Below, in pieces: positions 1-9,412 of a stretch of 64,000 nucleotides of DNA (positions are counted from its first letter, which is position 1; every line of letters starts with the position of its first letter). The stretch comes from an uncultured Candidatus Peribacteria bacterium. GTDB taxonomy: Bacteria > Patescibacteriota > Gracilibacteria > UBA1369. Under the pieces are notes generated by a model. That model was given only the letters and a program-made list of their open reading frames with translations, was not told the DNA's origin and ran no database searches. Location of the stretch: contig OZ246407.1 of NCBI GenBank assembly GCA_965231025.1, forward strand, positions 845,512 through 909,511. Direction: 5' to 3'. The translations under genes and the position numbers were made by a program.

Positions 1-1397
1 ACGTCGGCGACTGCGCCGGCATGGGAGCCGATCTTTTCGAAACGTACGCCGTAACGCTGATCGCCGCCATGATCCTTGCGGCCTCAACCCTCATGGATAA
101 AGTCGGAGCAAACGGCATTGAATATCCCCTCGCTCTCGGCGCCATTGCCGTCATCACTTCCATTATCGGAACCTTCTTTGTGAAACTCGGAAAAAAGAAG
201 AACATCATGGGCGCCCTATATAAGGGAATGCTCGTCACGGGACTTCTCGCGGCCGTGGGTTTCTATTTCCTCAATAGCTACTTCATCGGCGACATCTTCA
301 TTTATTACGCAGCACTGGTCGGTCTGGGCGTCACGTTCTTCATCACGATCATTACTGAATACTACACATCAACCGCTTACAGCCCGGTAAAGAAAATCGC
401 GAAATCCTCGGAGACCGGCGCAGGCACCAACGTCATCACAGGGCTCGCCGTGGGTCTGCAAAGCACCGCCGCTCCGGTCATTCTTGTGGTGGTCGCCATC
501 TTCCTTGCATACTACTTCGGTGACAATTCATCCCTGCACAACGGCGTATACGGTATTGCCATCGCCGCCGTTGCCATGCTTTCAACAACCGGCATGGTGA
601 TCGCCACCGACTCCTACGGCCCGATTACCGACAACGCCGGGGGAATTGCGGAAATGGCCGGCCTTCCGGAAAAAGTCCGCAAACACACCGACGCTCTGGA
701 TGCCGTAGGTAACACCACCAAAGCGGTCACCAAAGGTTACGCCATCGCTTCCGCTGCCCTTGCCGCACTCGTACTCTTCCAGGCGTACACGGAAGACCTG
801 TCGGCACACGCACCGAACGTGAATTTCGTTTTTGACATCACCAACCCGATGGTACTGATCGGACTCTTCATCGGAGGACTTCTTCCGTTCCTCTTTGCGG
901 CTTCCCTCATGGAATCCGTCGGCAAAACCGCTTACAAAGTTGTTGAAGAGGTACGCCGCCAGTTCAAAGAGATCAAAGGCATCATGAGCGGAAAAGAAAA
1001 ACCGGACTATGGACGCTGCGTGGACATCGTCACCAAAGCTGCTCTGGGAGAAATGGTGTTCCCGGCCGTCAGCGCGGTTGCCGTCACTATTGCCGTAGGA
1101 TGGCTTCTCGGCCCTCTGGCCCTGGGCGGTCTCCTGGGCGGTATTATCGTTTCCGGCTTCCTTCTGGCACTTATGATGTGCACGGGCGGCGGCGCGTGGG
1201 ATAACGGCAAGAAATACATCGAATCGGGCCACTTTGGAGGAAAAGGTTCCGACGCGCACAAAGCCGCCGTGGTCGGTGACACCGTCGGTGACCCGTTCAA
1301 GGATACCGCAGGCCCAGCGATCAACTCTCTCATCAAGGTCGTCAACACTATCGCGCTCATCATGGCGCCTATGCTCGCAGCAATGCTCATAAAGTAA
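1..1397 (+). CDS. hppA: H+-translocating (V-type) pyrophosphatase, C-terminal ~460 aa; 5' end cut by window edge
   Basis: The frame is open from nt 3 and reads [15 protein letters not shown], a hallmark H+-PPase motif. Later it has [22 protein letters not shown]. The protein is polytopic and hydrophobic throughout. Confidence 0.93.
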   Translation, partial: VGDCAGMGADLFETYAVTLIAAMILAASTLMDKVGANGIEYPLALGAIAVITSIIGTFFVKLGKKKNIMGALYKGMLVTGLLAAVGFYFLNSYFIGDIFIYYAALVGLGVTFFITIITEYYTSTAYSPVKKIAKSSETGAGTNVITGLAVGLQSTAAPVILVVVAIFLAYYFGDNSSLHNGVYGIAIAAVAMLSTTGMVIATDSYGPITDNAGGIAEMAGLPEKVRKHTDALDAVGNTTKAVTKGYAIASAALAALVLFQAYTEDLSAHAPNVNFVFDITNPMVLIGLFIGGLLPFLFAASLMESVGKTAYKVVEEVRRQFKEIKGIMSGKEKPDYGRCVDIVTKAALGEMVFPAVSAVAVTIAVGWLLGPLALGGLLGGIIVSGFLLALMMCTGGGAWDNGKKYIESGHFGGKGSDAHKAAVVGDTVGDPFKDTAGPAINSLIKVVNTIALIMAPMLAAMLIK

Positions 1398-1403
1398 CAA
1401 TTG

Positions 1404-1433
1404 AAAGGGGGCCCCGCCGTAGCGGGGCCCTTT
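1404..1433 (+). terminator. GC-rich hairpin after hppA
   Basis: gggccccgc (1409-1417) pairs with gcggggccc (1422-1430) around a cgta loop. It is flanked by aaa/ttt, and the T-run is short. Confidence 0.5.
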
Positions 1434-1467
1434 CCATATCTCCCACCATTTCACCTCATTTTTACCC

Positions 1468-1743
1468 ATGGAAATATCCGCAAACAACCAGTCCCTTTCC
1501 AGGGTTGAAGCCGTGGTGACCTCCATGGATGAAAACTTTGCTGAACTTCAGATCGCCGGCAGTTACGAAACCTTCCTGTGGCCCAGAAAGGAAATCCTGC
1601 CAAACATCGCCGTCGGACAAAAAATCCTGATCGAACTCAAAAACCACCCGCTCACCGGAATCCAGAAAACAGTGGAAAAAGCCCGGGAAGAAAACAAAGA
1701 CCCCGTGCAGCAAATCAAACTTCTGGAAAGCCTGATCAACTGA
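1468..1743 (+). CDS. small hypothetical protein (DUF3006-like by eye)
   Basis: 91-aa ORF lying between two terminator hairpins. No strong motif. Confidence 0.45.
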   Translation: MEISANNQSLSRVEAVVTSMDENFAELQIAGSYETFLWPRKEILPNIAVGQKILIELKNHPLTGIQKTVEKAREENKDPVQQIKLLESLIN

Positions 1744-1774
1744 GCCGCCGACCGGCAATAAACACATCAAAGAA

Positions 1775-1803
1775 AAGAGCCCCGCCTTGTCAGCGGGGCT
1801 CTT
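1775..1803. terminator. bidirectional hairpin terminator between the convergent 1468-1743 ORF and rplY
   Basis: aagagccccgc (1775-1785) pairs with gcggggctctt (1793-1803). On the minus strand it is followed by cttttcttt. Confidence 0.6.
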
Positions 1804-1828
1804 GATAATCTCAAAACAGAAACCGTGC

Positions 1829-2497
1829 CTATTTTTTCTCTTCAGCAGCCGGAGCAGCGGCACCTTCAGCGGGAACTGCCGGAGTACCGGAAGCGGCAGC
1901 GCTTTCAGCGACGGCGGCCTCCATGGTGGTCGTCGGTTCAACCTCTTCCTTCACGACTGAGATGGAAACGACAACGTCATCAGGATTGCCGGTAAGCTTC
2001 ACGCCGGAAGGCAATTGAAGATCGCTCAAATGGATGGAGCTGTGGAGAGTCTCAAGACCGGAAACATCCACCTCGATGCTCTGAGGCAAATCCGCAGGAA
2101 GACACTTTACTTCGAGTTCATGACGGAGCGTGGTCAAAATACCGCCGAGATTCTTCACGGCTGGGGCAAGACCCACAATCACGACCGGAATGTCAGCCTT
2201 CACTTCAACATTCATGTTCACGGACACAAAATCGATATGGTCAAAATTGTCGGTCAAAGGGTTGTACTGAACGTCGTGGACAAGGACCGGCTTCTTTTTG
2301 CCGTCAATGTTGAGTTCGATCACCTGGTTTCCGCCGGCTCTTTCAAAAGCTTTGCGGAAAGTCTGGTAATCAACCTGGAGAGCCACGCTCTTCTCTTTAT
2401 CCCCGTAGAAAACAGCCGGGATTTGGCGCTGTTTGCGAAGGTAGTTTGGAGAAACCTTCACGTCACGGACCTTCACGTCCAAAAGTATCTTTTCCAT
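1829..2497 (-). CDS. rplY: 50S ribosomal protein L25/general stress protein Ctc
   Basis: N-terminal region typical of L25/Ctc (RKQRQIPAVFYG...GGNQVIELNIDGKKKPVLVHDVQYNPL..DHIDF). Ala/Pro/Glu-rich tail. Confidence 0.9.
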   Translation of the reverse strand: MEKILLDVKVRDVKVSPNYLRKQRQIPAVFYGDKEKSVALQVDYQTFRKAFERAGGNQVIELNIDGKKKPVLVHDVQYNPLTDNFDHIDFVSVNMNVEVKADIPVVIVGLAPAVKNLGGILTTLRHELEVKCLPADLPQSIEVDVSGLETLHSSIHLSDLQLPSGVKLTGNPDDVVVSISVVKEEVEPTTTMEAAVAESAAASGTPAVPAEGAAAPAAEEKK

Positions 2498-2580
2498 AGT
2501 ATTAAAATATAATAAATTTCATTTTAAGACAAAAGCACGAGCAGTTTACCTGAACGAATTGAGGAAAGCAACGTTTTTTG

Positions 2581-2609
2581 TTGACGCCCGGGAAAGGCTT
2601 CCGTACAAT
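2581..2609 (+). promoter_or_regulatory. sigma70-type promoter upstream of ybaB
   Basis: TTGACG (2581-2586), 17-nt spacer, TACAAT (2604-2609), about 80 nt upstream of the ATG at 2689. Confidence 0.5.
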
Positions 2610-2688
2610 TAAAAAGTACAGACCGCCGGGCCGGCCCCGTCGCTTGTAAAAGCACAAAAAGCCCACATATCCACTAACAAAAACCACC

Positions 2689-2982
2689 ATGGGAATGTTT
2701 GACCAGGCCAAGAACCTCTATCAGCTCCAAAAACAGGCCAAAGAGATCAAAAAAGAGCTCCAAAACATCCATATTGAAGCGGAAGTTGAGGGGGTCATCG
2801 TCATCATCAACGGGGAACAGGAGGTCGTTTCCGTGACCATTTCCGAAGACGCCCAGCAAAATCCGGGAAAACTCCAGGAAAACCTGGTGAAAGCCTTCAA
2901 CAAAGCCATCAAAAAATCCCAACAGATCGCGGCCGAAAAAATGAAGGGAGTCATGGGCGGACTGGGACTTCCGGGGGCCTGA
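2689..2982 (+). CDS. ybaB: YbaB/EbfC family nucleoid-associated protein
   Basis: 97 aa. Reads MFDQAKNLYQLQKQAKEIKKEL... and ends GLGLPG, the typical YbaB length and pattern. Confidence 0.88.
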   Translation: MGMFDQAKNLYQLQKQAKEIKKELQNIHIEAEVEGVIVIINGEQEVVSVTISEDAQQNPGKLQENLVKAFNKAIKKSQQIAAEKMKGVMGGLGLPGA

Positions 2983-3036
2983 GAACAACCCGTAAACACG
3001 GAAGGCCCCTCAAACTACACCCTAACCCGTTTCGCC

Positions 3037-4107
3037 ATGCACCGACGCCGGAACTCAAAAACCACGCTTGTTATTCTTGGAGCCCTTGCCGTACTCGCCC
3101 TGGGTTATTTTTGGTATGCCCAAAGCCGCTACCAGTACTTTATCACCACGCCCGTCAACCCGGGAAACACCATTGACGCGCCCTTCGTCATCAAGCGCGG
3201 CGACAACGTCGCGGGCATTGCCAAAAACCTCAAGGGCAAAGAGTTCATCCTGGACGAAGACGCCTTTAAAACCTATGCCAGACAAAACGACGTCGACCGC
3301 AAAATCATTGCCGGACGTTTCCTGTTGAACCAAAGTCTCACCATTCCCCAGATCGTTGAAAAAATCACGAACCCCAAACAGGGCGAACTCACTCTTACGG
3401 TTCCCGAGGGCACCACCATCCGCGGCATCGATGAAAAACTTGTCGGCCTGGGAGCCATTGATGAAGGAGAGTTCATCCGGGCGACCAAAGAGTTCAACAA
3501 CTACGCCAAATACCCCTTTCTGGACGGACAAAAGATGAAAGCGCTCCCCCATCCCCTGGAAGGGTTTCTTTTCCCGGACACCTACTTCATCGACATCGCC
3601 CACTTTAGCGCGCAGGATTTGATCGACCTCATGCTCAAGGATTTCCAGTCAAGACTCCCCGACGAACTATTGGCCGACAAAGGGGCAAAACTCACCGGAA
3701 CGGGCGGCGAAGCCCAGTTCGTTTCACTGTACGACATCATCACCATGGCCTCGATCGTGGAAAAGGAGGTCAGGACGGAAGGTGACCGCAGAACCGTTGC
3801 GGGCATCCTCTGGAAGCGCGTGGAGGAAAACTGGTTCATGGGAGCCGACGCCACCCTGCTCTACCTTAAAAGCGACCGCACCATCGATTACGAGGATTTA
3901 AAGGAAGACTCCCCGTACAACACCCGCAACCATCACGGCCTCCCCCCGGGCCCCATCAACAATCCCGGACTCAAGAGCATAGAGGCGGCAGCCAGCCCGG
4001 AACATTCCCCATACTATTTCTACCTCACCAAACCGGGAACGGGCGAAGTGGTCTACGGAAAAACCAACGACGAACACAACGCCAACAAAGCAAGGTACCT
4101 GAACTGA
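3037..4107 (+). CDS. mltG: endolytic murein transglycosylase MltG (YceG-like)
   Basis: N-terminal TM segment. Has ASIVEKE and YNTRNHHGLPPGPINNPG motifs characteristic of the YceG/MltG family. Confidence 0.88.
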   Translation: MHRRRNSKTTLVILGALAVLALGYFWYAQSRYQYFITTPVNPGNTIDAPFVIKRGDNVAGIAKNLKGKEFILDEDAFKTYARQNDVDRKIIAGRFLLNQSLTIPQIVEKITNPKQGELTLTVPEGTTIRGIDEKLVGLGAIDEGEFIRATKEFNNYAKYPFLDGQKMKALPHPLEGFLFPDTYFIDIAHFSAQDLIDLMLKDFQSRLPDELLADKGAKLTGTGGEAQFVSLYDIITMASIVEKEVRTEGDRRTVAGILWKRVEENWFMGADATLLYLKSDRTIDYEDLKEDSPYNTRNHHGLPPGPINNPGLKSIEAAASPEHSPYYFYLTKPGTGEVVYGKTNDEHNANKARYLN

Positions 4108-4170
4108 TTCACCAGCACACACGCAAAACACAACCCGTGAAACAAACCGGACCGTTTTGCACTACGACAA

Positions 4171-5733
4171 TTAGAAACCCTGAGGTACATCGTTTCCCGA
4201 AGTCGACGTCGTCGTGGTCGCAGGCGGGGTCGTTGTTACCGGCTGCTGGGTTGTTCCCGTTGTCGTGGTGACGGTTCCTGCGGGTTTGTTGTACGTGATC
4301 GTGAACTTCACTGTCTCACTCTTGTTTCCCTGCAGATCGACGGAATACATTTCGTACGTGTTCTCTCCGGAAACCAGATTGCCGCCGGCTTCGTTGGCAT
4401 AGTAGGTCCAGGATGTCGAGCCGGAAACGAACTTGCTCAGAGTATAGCCATTCACCACAACCTTATCGGCACCGTGAACCTCCCCGTCGACCTTCACCAC
4501 GCCGGTCGTGGTGGTGGAGTCCGTGGTTCCGTTATATTTCAAAACTTTGGGGGCGGATAAAGCCTCCGTAATAGCCGCTGCAGCCTTGGTATAGGTGATA
4601 CGGACATCGGCGGAGTCGCTCTTGTTTCCCGCGGCATCAACGGCGTAAAACCGGTAAATATTTTCCCCGGACTTATAGTTTCCCAGCGCTTCGGAAACGT
4701 TGTAGGTGAAACCCGCATCGCCCGCCTTGAACTTGCTCAGAGCATACTCGTCGGTATTGCCCGAAACCGTCTGGCTCACAATAACTTTGGAAGTGCCGGA
4801 ACCGACAGTCCCAATGATAACCATCTTATTCTGATCCGAAGATACGGCGGATTCGGCAGGCTGAGTAATGACCGGCGACGACAACTGTCCCGGAGTTTCA
4901 ACCGTCTGCTGGGTGGACGAGACGACCGCTCCGGACTCCTGTGTCATTCCCTCCTGGGTGCTGCCGACAGGCAAAAGCTGATTACTGATCTGACTGAAGT
5001 CCGTCGGACTTTCATCCTCGCGGCTATTCCACAGATACCAGTCCGAAAGCTTGAACTGGTCACTCAGGGCCATGAGCACGGAAGGAGTTTCGCGGTTCTG
5101 GAAGGCCTTCATCACCGCCTCGTCAAGATTCAGCTCCTGTCCGACGCCGACCTGAATGGTGTCCAGAATGGAACTCTTATCGTTATCGGTTCCAAGAATT
5201 TGAACATTCACATTTCCCTTCATCACGCGCACGGTTTCAACACTGCCGCTTTCAACTTCAAAGGTCGTTCCCACATCAATGACCAGCATGTGGGACGTTC
5301 TCACCTGTAAATCCGACTGATCCACTCCATCACTCCGGACCTTGTTCACCCAGACGGACCCGTGGTTGAGGGTTAACCCGATTTTTTCGACGTCATTGCG
5401 TTTGGTGATATCGGTAAGAACAACTTCGGTATCATCACCCAGTCGGACCATCGTCCCGTTGAAAAATTTCAAAACGCCACGGCTGTTCACTCCCGTTTTC
5501 ACCGCGTCCCCCAGGAGCATTTTGGTGCCGCTGTAGCCGGTCTCCCATTCCTTGGTGCCATACTGGAGCATCTTGGCTTTTCCCTGGGCAACGTAAAAAT
5601 ACACGTCGCCTTTTGCCGCCTGTAAATTGCTCCAGAGCTGAAAACCGAGCACCCCGATCACACCCACCCCCACAAAAATGAGAAAGGGAAGCAAATACTC
5701 AAACGGACGTTTGCGACGGTACACTCGGCGCAT
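4171..5733 (-). CDS. membrane-anchored FecR-domain protein with two C-terminal Ig-like repeats
   Basis: I prefer the ATG at 5733 (MRRVYRRKRP followed by a TM segment) over the track start at 5832. It has a FecR-like beta region and a Ser/Thr-rich linker. Two ~90-aa repeats each end in G(E)N.Y..Y(A/S)VD..GNKS. Confidence 0.6.
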   Translation of the reverse strand: MRRVYRRKRPFEYLLPFLIFVGVGVIGVLGFQLWSNLQAAKGDVYFYVAQGKAKMLQYGTKEWETGYSGTKMLLGDAVKTGVNSRGVLKFFNGTMVRLGDDTEVVLTDITKRNDVEKIGLTLNHGSVWVNKVRSDGVDQSDLQVRTSHMLVIDVGTTFEVESGSVETVRVMKGNVNVQILGTDNDKSSILDTIQVGVGQELNLDEAVMKAFQNRETPSVLMALSDQFKLSDWYLWNSREDESPTDFSQISNQLLPVGSTQEGMTQESGAVVSSTQQTVETPGQLSSPVITQPAESAVSSDQNKMVIIGTVGSGTSKVIVSQTVSGNTDEYALSKFKAGDAGFTYNVSEALGNYKSGENIYRFYAVDAAGNKSDSADVRITYTKAAAAITEALSAPKVLKYNGTTDSTTTTGVVKVDGEVHGADKVVVNGYTLSKFVSGSTSWTYYANEAGGNLVSGENTYEMYSVDLQGNKSETVKFTITYNKPAGTVTTTTGTTQQPVTTTPPATTTTSTSGNDVPQGF

Positions 5734-5796
5734 AAAAAGCTCAATAACAAAACCGCAGATAGTATAACAAGAACCGTATTGCTGTAAAGATAAAAC

Positions 5797-5871
5797 GCGC
5801 GAATTGGGAAAGTAAGTTTTCACCAAGCACACGCCTGAAAACTCTATCGTGCAAACTTTCCCAATTCGCGC
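5797..5871. repeat. perfect 17-bp inverted repeat with nested 7-bp repeat
   Basis: gcgcgaattgggaaagt (5797-5813) is the exact reverse complement of actttcccaattcgcgc (5855-5871). Inside it, agttttc (5815-5821) pairs with gaaaact (5837-5843). The element lies in the 5' leader of the FecR-domain gene. Confidence 0.7.
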
Positions 5872-5908
5872 AACCAGTTTTGTTTAAAATTGCTATTTAA
5901 AACAAACA

Positions 5909-6030
5909 CGCAACTCTCAAAATTCTCATTATGCAAGGAGACGAGATGAAACCGACTGAACCGTATTCGATATACGGTGAAGAAGGTTTCATCGCAGACG
6001 ACGCAGCAGAATGAAATTTTCAAAGTTGCG
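5909..6030 (-). other. 122-nt nested stem-loop starting 3 nt after the dnaA stop codon
   Basis: Three nested helices: cgcaact..ctcat (5909-5929) with atgaaa..agttgcg (6011-6030), gatgaaacc (5945-5953) with ggtttcatc (5985-5993), and accgtat (5960-5966) with atacggt (5971-5977). On the minus strand it is followed by tgtttgtttt. Confidence 0.45.
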
Positions 6031-6032
6031 CT

Positions 6033-7514
6033 CTAAAAGCCCATTTCGCGCTTGAGGGTATTCACGTCGCGCATCAAACGCTGATCCTCCTTGATCTGCG
6101 CCATGATCTTATTGCAGGAATGCAGGACCGTCGTATGGTTCTTTCCGCCGAAATTTTCGCCGATGGTTTCGTACGACTGATTCAAAAGTTCGCGGATGAG
6201 ATACATGCAGATCTGGCGCGGAATAATGACCTCGCGGCGGCGTTCAAGTCCTGTAAGCACGTTGCGGTCAATTTTGTAGTAGCTGGAAACCGCGTTGATG
6301 ACGTCGTCCAGCGTACGGACGGACTGGCGCTGCGGGGTATTCCCCTGCATCTGCCCGTTCATCCCGCCCTGGCCGTTGTTGTTCACAATGGCACCGTTCC
6401 CGGAAGCGGCATTGCCGATAACCAGTTGGGCCTTGTTCAGTTTCTGCAAAGCGTGCATCACGGAATTCATGGTCGGGTTCGTATTTTCCAACTGCGCCTG
6501 CCCGATGAGATTGATCAAAACGCCGATCATCTCCCGGACGCTGGTGGTGACATTGTTGGCAATAAAACTCAAGATTTCCGGATCGATAAGTTCGCCGTGT
6601 TCCTGGCATTTGCGCTGCAAAATAGCAACTCGGGTCTCAAAATCCGGAACGCAAACCTCGATGACCATGCCCATGGCAAAACGGCTGCGGAGACGGTCAT
6701 CCAGCCCGTTCAAATCACGGGGCGGACGATCGGCACTCATAATGATCTGCTTACCGGCATCGTAGAGTTCGTTGAACGTGTGGAAAAACTCCTGTTCGGA
6801 CGTGGCCTTGTTGGCAAAAAACTGGATGTCGTCAACAATGAGACAATCCACATTGCGGTACTTGTCCTTGAAAGGTTTGGTGTGGCGCTTTCCGATGGCT
6901 TCGATAATTTCGTTGATAAAATTTTCCGCCGTCATGTAGATGACGCGCATATTGGGATGGTTCTTCTGGATCTGGTTGCCGGTCGCCTGAAGCAGATGGG
7001 TCTTCCCGAGTCCAACCCCTCCGTAGATGTACAAAGGATTGTAAATATTTCCCGGCTTGGCCGCGACAGCCATGCACGCCGCGTGAACCAGTCGGTTGTC
7101 CCCGCCGGGGATATAACTGTCCAGCGAATACTTCATCATCTTGCTCCGCATTCCGTCCACCAGCACCTCCTGCTTGTTGGGAACCTTGCGGACCTTGGGC
7201 GCCTCATCCATCAGAATATTTTTCAGATCCACTTTGTCCGGATGCCCGTCGCTTAAGAGTGTGGAAATAACTTCGTACTCGATCTGGGAAATACCCGGAT
7301 CCAACGACTTGACGATATCCAGAAGTTTGATGTGATAGCGGTGGCGGATGTTGTCACGGGAAACAATTCCCGAAACCCCAACGGTCAAAATGCCGTCAAC
7401 GTAATTCGCAACGATGGTGTCCTTAAAAAAAGTCAGAAGGTGAGCCTTTCCGGCTTTTGGCGCCAATGTCAGAAGTACCTGTTCCCAAAAAACTTTCTTA
7501 TCCATCTTTTCCAT
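6033..7514 (-). CDS. dnaA: chromosomal replication initiator protein DnaA
   Basis: AAA+ Walker A GGVGLGKTHLL, IVDDIQF box, and a C-terminal DNA-binding domain (IPRQICMYLIREL...GGKNHTTVLH). Confidence 0.95.
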   Translation of the reverse strand: MEKMDKKVFWEQVLLTLAPKAGKAHLLTFFKDTIVANYVDGILTVGVSGIVSRDNIRHRYHIKLLDIVKSLDPGISQIEYEVISTLLSDGHPDKVDLKNILMDEAPKVRKVPNKQEVLVDGMRSKMMKYSLDSYIPGGDNRLVHAACMAVAAKPGNIYNPLYIYGGVGLGKTHLLQATGNQIQKNHPNMRVIYMTAENFINEIIEAIGKRHTKPFKDKYRNVDCLIVDDIQFFANKATSEQEFFHTFNELYDAGKQIIMSADRPPRDLNGLDDRLRSRFAMGMVIEVCVPDFETRVAILQRKCQEHGELIDPEILSFIANNVTTSVREMIGVLINLIGQAQLENTNPTMNSVMHALQKLNKAQLVIGNAASGNGAIVNNNGQGGMNGQMQGNTPQRQSVRTLDDVINAVSSYYKIDRNVLTGLERRREVIIPRQICMYLIRELLNQSYETIGENFGGKNHTTVLHSCNKIMAQIKEDQRLMRDVNTLKREMGF

Positions 7515-7770
7515 CGGGCCGGGGAAATCAACTAAAAAGATTTAAAAAAGTCATTAAATAATGACCTTCAAAACAGGCTGAATACTAATGACTTTTTTTG
7601 GCTTCTACAAGTGCAAAATTCCAAACGGCATCACTACAATCCCTAGCGATCTTGACACCCATTCCCTACTAGATCTTGGGAAAATCTCTAACCAAGAAAC
7701 AATTAGAAATTTCTATCAATAATCACCCCGAACTAAAAGAGTCCGGGGCGCAAGAAATTTTATAAAATTC

Positions 7771-9390
7771 TTAAAACAATTTGATGATATCACTATAGGT
7801 CACCGCCACGATGAGGATCATCAACAGAGCAAACCCGATGGTGTGGATCACGGCCTCCCACTTCCCGTTCACCTTCCTGCCGATAACCAGTTCGACGAGA
7901 ATAAAGAAGAGTCTTCCTCCATCCAGCGCGGGGAACGGCAATATATTGATGATCGCCAGACTCAACGAAAGCAGCGCCATAAAACGCAGCAGCGAAAGCA
8001 CACCCTGCTGCACGAACGTGTACGTGAGCTGGGCGATTCCCACCGGCCCGGCCACCCCATCCGGAATGGTGAACTTGGTAAAGAACGACTTCAAAACATT
8101 CCCGAACATCTGCACCGTGAGCCCGCCGAGGCGGAAAGATTCGTCAAACGCCTTCAACGGAGCAATCCACAACGGATAACGGACGTCCTGAATCTTCAGC
8201 ACAGTGGTCGGTTCATCCTTGTTATAAAGCGTCATGAACTGATTCTCGTGGGGATACAACACCGAAAGGCCCACGCCGATCAGCCCGTTCTTGTCCGGCT
8301 GAACCTGGATCGTTTTTTGCTCGCCGTTCCGTTCAAGAATATACGTTAATGTTTTTCCGGGATTCTGCTTGGTAATACCGATAACATCCTGCGGAACCGA
8401 AATCTCCTGCCCGTCCACCTGCAGCAGAACATCACCTGACCGGAAGGCGGCCTTCTCCGCGGGACTGTCCGGGAAAATATCGGAAATAATCACCCGCTGA
8501 CTGACCGGCAAATCAACCACGGTGTTCACCGTGGTATCCCCGCGCCACAACGTCATCGTAACCTGCTTGGACTTTGCCAGTTCGGCGACATACTCATCAT
8601 AGGTATAAAGAGGCTTACCGTTCAAAGTCAGAAGAATGTCACCGGGCAGAAGATTCCCGGTCGCAAACTTCACGTCAGGAGCAACTTCCCGCACCACCAT
8701 CCTCGGCAAAAAGATAAGTTCATAGGAGGAAAAACCCAGTCCGTCCTTCTCTCCGGCTTTAACGTTCAAAAATTGATGCTGCCCGTTTCTTTCGATCTCC
8801 GCGACCACCGTGGCGTTCTTGGTATTATTGACCGCGGCCAAAAGTTCATCCGCGGAAAAAATCTCTTTTCCATTCAGCTGCAACAGCTTATCCCCCGGGA
8901 GCATCCCGGCCGTTTCCGCCGCACCACCCGGTTTCACCTCTTTCACGGTCACCCCCTGCTGGGTCTGGATCGTACCATCCTGGATGGAAGCCAGAACATC
9001 GTCACCACTCAAAATCAGAGGCTGGATGCCGAACGTAAATCCGATCGTCAAAAGCAGCCAGGCCAGCAGAAAGTTCATGATCACCCCGGCGATCACCACC
9101 AGAATACGGACCCTTGCCGGTTTGCTGATAAAACTCCTTGGATTTTTCTTCACCTTGTCGTCGTGCCCGTCCTCACCCAGCAGGCGCACGAACCCCCCGA
9201 ACGGAATCGCGTTGATGGAATAGAGCGTCTCCCCTTTTTTGACCCCCCAAAGTCGCGGAGGAAGCCCGAACCCGAACTCCTCGATCTTGATCCCGCTCTT
9301 TTTGGCCACGATATAGTGACCCCACTCGTGAATAAGAACCAGCGCGGAAAAAACCAGGATAAAAACAATCGCGGTAAGAAAAAAACTCAT
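7771..9390 (-). CDS. rseP: RIP site-2 metalloprotease RseP (M50) with tandem PDZ domains
   Basis: HEWGHY zinc motif in the first TM segment, several PDZ-like GD.L..NG repeats, and C-terminal NILPFPALDGG. Confidence 0.85.
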   Translation of the reverse strand: MSFFLTAIVFILVFSALVLIHEWGHYIVAKKSGIKIEEFGFGLPPRLWGVKKGETLYSINAIPFGGFVRLLGEDGHDDKVKKNPRSFISKPARVRILVVIAGVIMNFLLAWLLLTIGFTFGIQPLILSGDDVLASIQDGTIQTQQGVTVKEVKPGGAAETAGMLPGDKLLQLNGKEIFSADELLAAVNNTKNATVVAEIERNGQHQFLNVKAGEKDGLGFSSYELIFLPRMVVREVAPDVKFATGNLLPGDILLTLNGKPLYTYDEYVAELAKSKQVTMTLWRGDTTVNTVVDLPVSQRVIISDIFPDSPAEKAAFRSGDVLLQVDGQEISVPQDVIGITKQNPGKTLTYILERNGEQKTIQVQPDKNGLIGVGLSVLYPHENQFMTLYNKDEPTTVLKIQDVRYPLWIAPLKAFDESFRLGGLTVQMFGNVLKSFFTKFTIPDGVAGPVGIAQLTYTFVQQGVLSLLRFMALLSLSLAIINILPFPALDGGRLFFILVELVIGRKVNGKWEAVIHTIGFALLMILIVAVTYSDIIKLF

Positions 9391-9412
9391 GGAGAAAATA
9401 ATAATTCATTAG

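Noticed and set aside
582-1526. 314-aa minus-strand ORF, plus the 737-925 and 1007-1390 ORFs, antisense to hppA
   Set aside because: They lie entirely within a confidently identified H+-PPase gene. Their Arg/Gly/Ala-rich shadow-frame composition is typical of antisense ORFs in GC-rich coding DNA.
6120-7256. 378-aa plus-strand ORF antisense to dnaA
   Set aside because: It is a shadow ORF inside dnaA with no motif. The same reasoning applies to 24864-25994 (antisense to rny), 55020-56033 (antisense to the methyltransferase), 22198-23061, 29227-29925, 38779-39495, 8773-9528, 10052-10720 and 12916-13431.
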